In this document: positions 63,522 to 64,000 of the stretch, in pieces
How positions within the stretch are numbered: position 1 is the first letter of the stretch
Layout: every line of letters starts with the position of its first letter
Source: Thermoanaerobaculales bacterium
GTDB taxonomy: Bacteria; Acidobacteriota; Thermoanaerobaculia; Thermoanaerobaculales; Sulfomarinibacteraceae
Assembly: GCA_036351195.1 (NCBI GenBank)
Contig: JAZBOQ010000176.1
Span: 514-64,513, forward strand
DNA: 64,000 bases
Reading direction: 5' to 3'
Made by a program: the position numbers and the translations under genes
Notes under the pieces: model-generated
What the model was told of the DNA's origin: nothing
The model's input: the letters and a program-made list of their open reading frames with translations, nothing else
The model's database searches: none

Positions 63522-64000
63522 CAAACCACATCCGCGAAGGATCGTTCCATCTGCCTGAAGTAGACCAAGCCCAGAAAAAAACCGAGTAATGAAACCACAC
63601 CACCCACCGCCACCAGTGAACCTGGAAACTCCCCAGCACCCAAAACCGTCCAACGAAAGCTCTCAATCACTCCGACCATTGGATTGAGACCATAGACCCA
63701 GCCGGGAATGCCAACGGCTTCGAGTTTGGCGGTCATCGCTTGGGCAGAGTAGATCACCGGTGAAACAAACATCCCGATCTGAACCACAAAAGGGACGATA
63801 TAACGAACATCGCGATAGCGAACGTTCAAGGCCGACAGCCAGGTTCCTGCAGCCAGGGTCGTCACGAAAATGAAAACCAGGATTACCGGAAGCCAGAGCG
63901 CGTTGAGGGTCAGCTGGATGTTGAAGATCGCCAAGATCCCAACCAGAACCAGAAATGAAATGGTGAGATCAACAAGACCGGCAAGCACAGCAGCCGTTGG
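63521..64000 (-). CDS. wzm: ABC-2 type polysaccharide exporter permease, C-terminal part; 5' end lies outside the window
   Basis: Hydrophobic ABC-2 permease pattern (N.RYRD.RY..PF..Q...F.SPV.Y). The stop overlaps the wzt ATG by 1 nt. The ORF remains open at the window edge. Confidence 0.8.
   Translation of the reverse strand, partial: PTAAVLAGLVDLTISFLVLVGILAIFNIQLTLNALWLPVILVFIFVTTLAAGTWLSALNVRYRDVRYIVPFVVQIGMFVSPVIYSAQAMTAKLEAVGIPGWVYGLNPMVGVIESFRWTVLGAGEFPGSLVAVGGVVSLLGFFLGLVYFRQMERSFADVV

Noticed and set aside
1-64000. Search by eye for CRISPR arrays, IS/transposase or integrase genes, rRNA, and toxin-antitoxin or known defence gene signatures
   Set aside because: Nothing was found. There are no spaced direct repeats of 25-40 nt, no DDE, tyrosine or serine recombinase motifs, and no rRNA-like conserved strings. 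Absence is based on manual reading and should be confirmed computationally.

Overview
64 kb of densely coding, high-GC bacterial chromosome. Hand counts on sample lines give a GC content in the high 60s percent, falling to roughly 50-55 percent after about position 58170. All calls come from reading the ORF track and the DNA by eye; no searches were run. A VWA protein with the N-terminal pattern typical of the Acidobacteria-associated VWFA family, a futalosine-pathway radical SAM enzyme and the overall composition suggest an Acidobacteriota-like genome, which is inference only.

Positions 1-40400 carry mixed housekeeping and accessory genes:
- a large secreted beta-propeller/GEVED/DUF11 protein
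- an unusually long KamA-family radical SAM protein
- PhzF, a beta-eliminating lyase and a DmpA-type peptidase
- a GntR-headed cluster (cysteine-desulfurase-like enzyme, YeiH-type transporter, USP, nitronate monooxygenase)
- rho, cvpA and a CBS protein
- yceD-rpmF-plsX-fabD-fabG
- an ECF sigma / anti-sigma / membrane beta-helix module divergent from the VWA protein
- a three-gene biotin-dependent acyl-CoA carboxylase operon
- a TldD/PmbA pair, ychF and selA

Positions 40438-64000 hold a prepilin peptidase followed by a glycan-assembly locus of about 23 kb in five alternating transcription blocks. It contains a WecA-type initiator, about ten glycosyltransferases, two GT-C-like membrane proteins (one with TPRs), AsnB, Fcl, an oddly organised radical SAM enzyme, two methyltransferases and Wzt/Wzm. 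The last 6 kb of this locus is compositionally distinct.

I found no rRNA, tRNA, CRISPR array, transposase or integrase. The best candidates for something undescribed are:
- the mosaic glycan locus, which combines an ABC-transporter route with GT-C/TPR enzymes and a permuted radical SAM enzyme
- the double-length orphan KamA-like enzyme
- several small sequence-level regulatory oddities: a leaderless GntR promoter-operator, tandem micro-repeats in fab spacers, and an AT-rich spacer with a coupled mini-ORF inside the carboxylase operon

None of these is proven.
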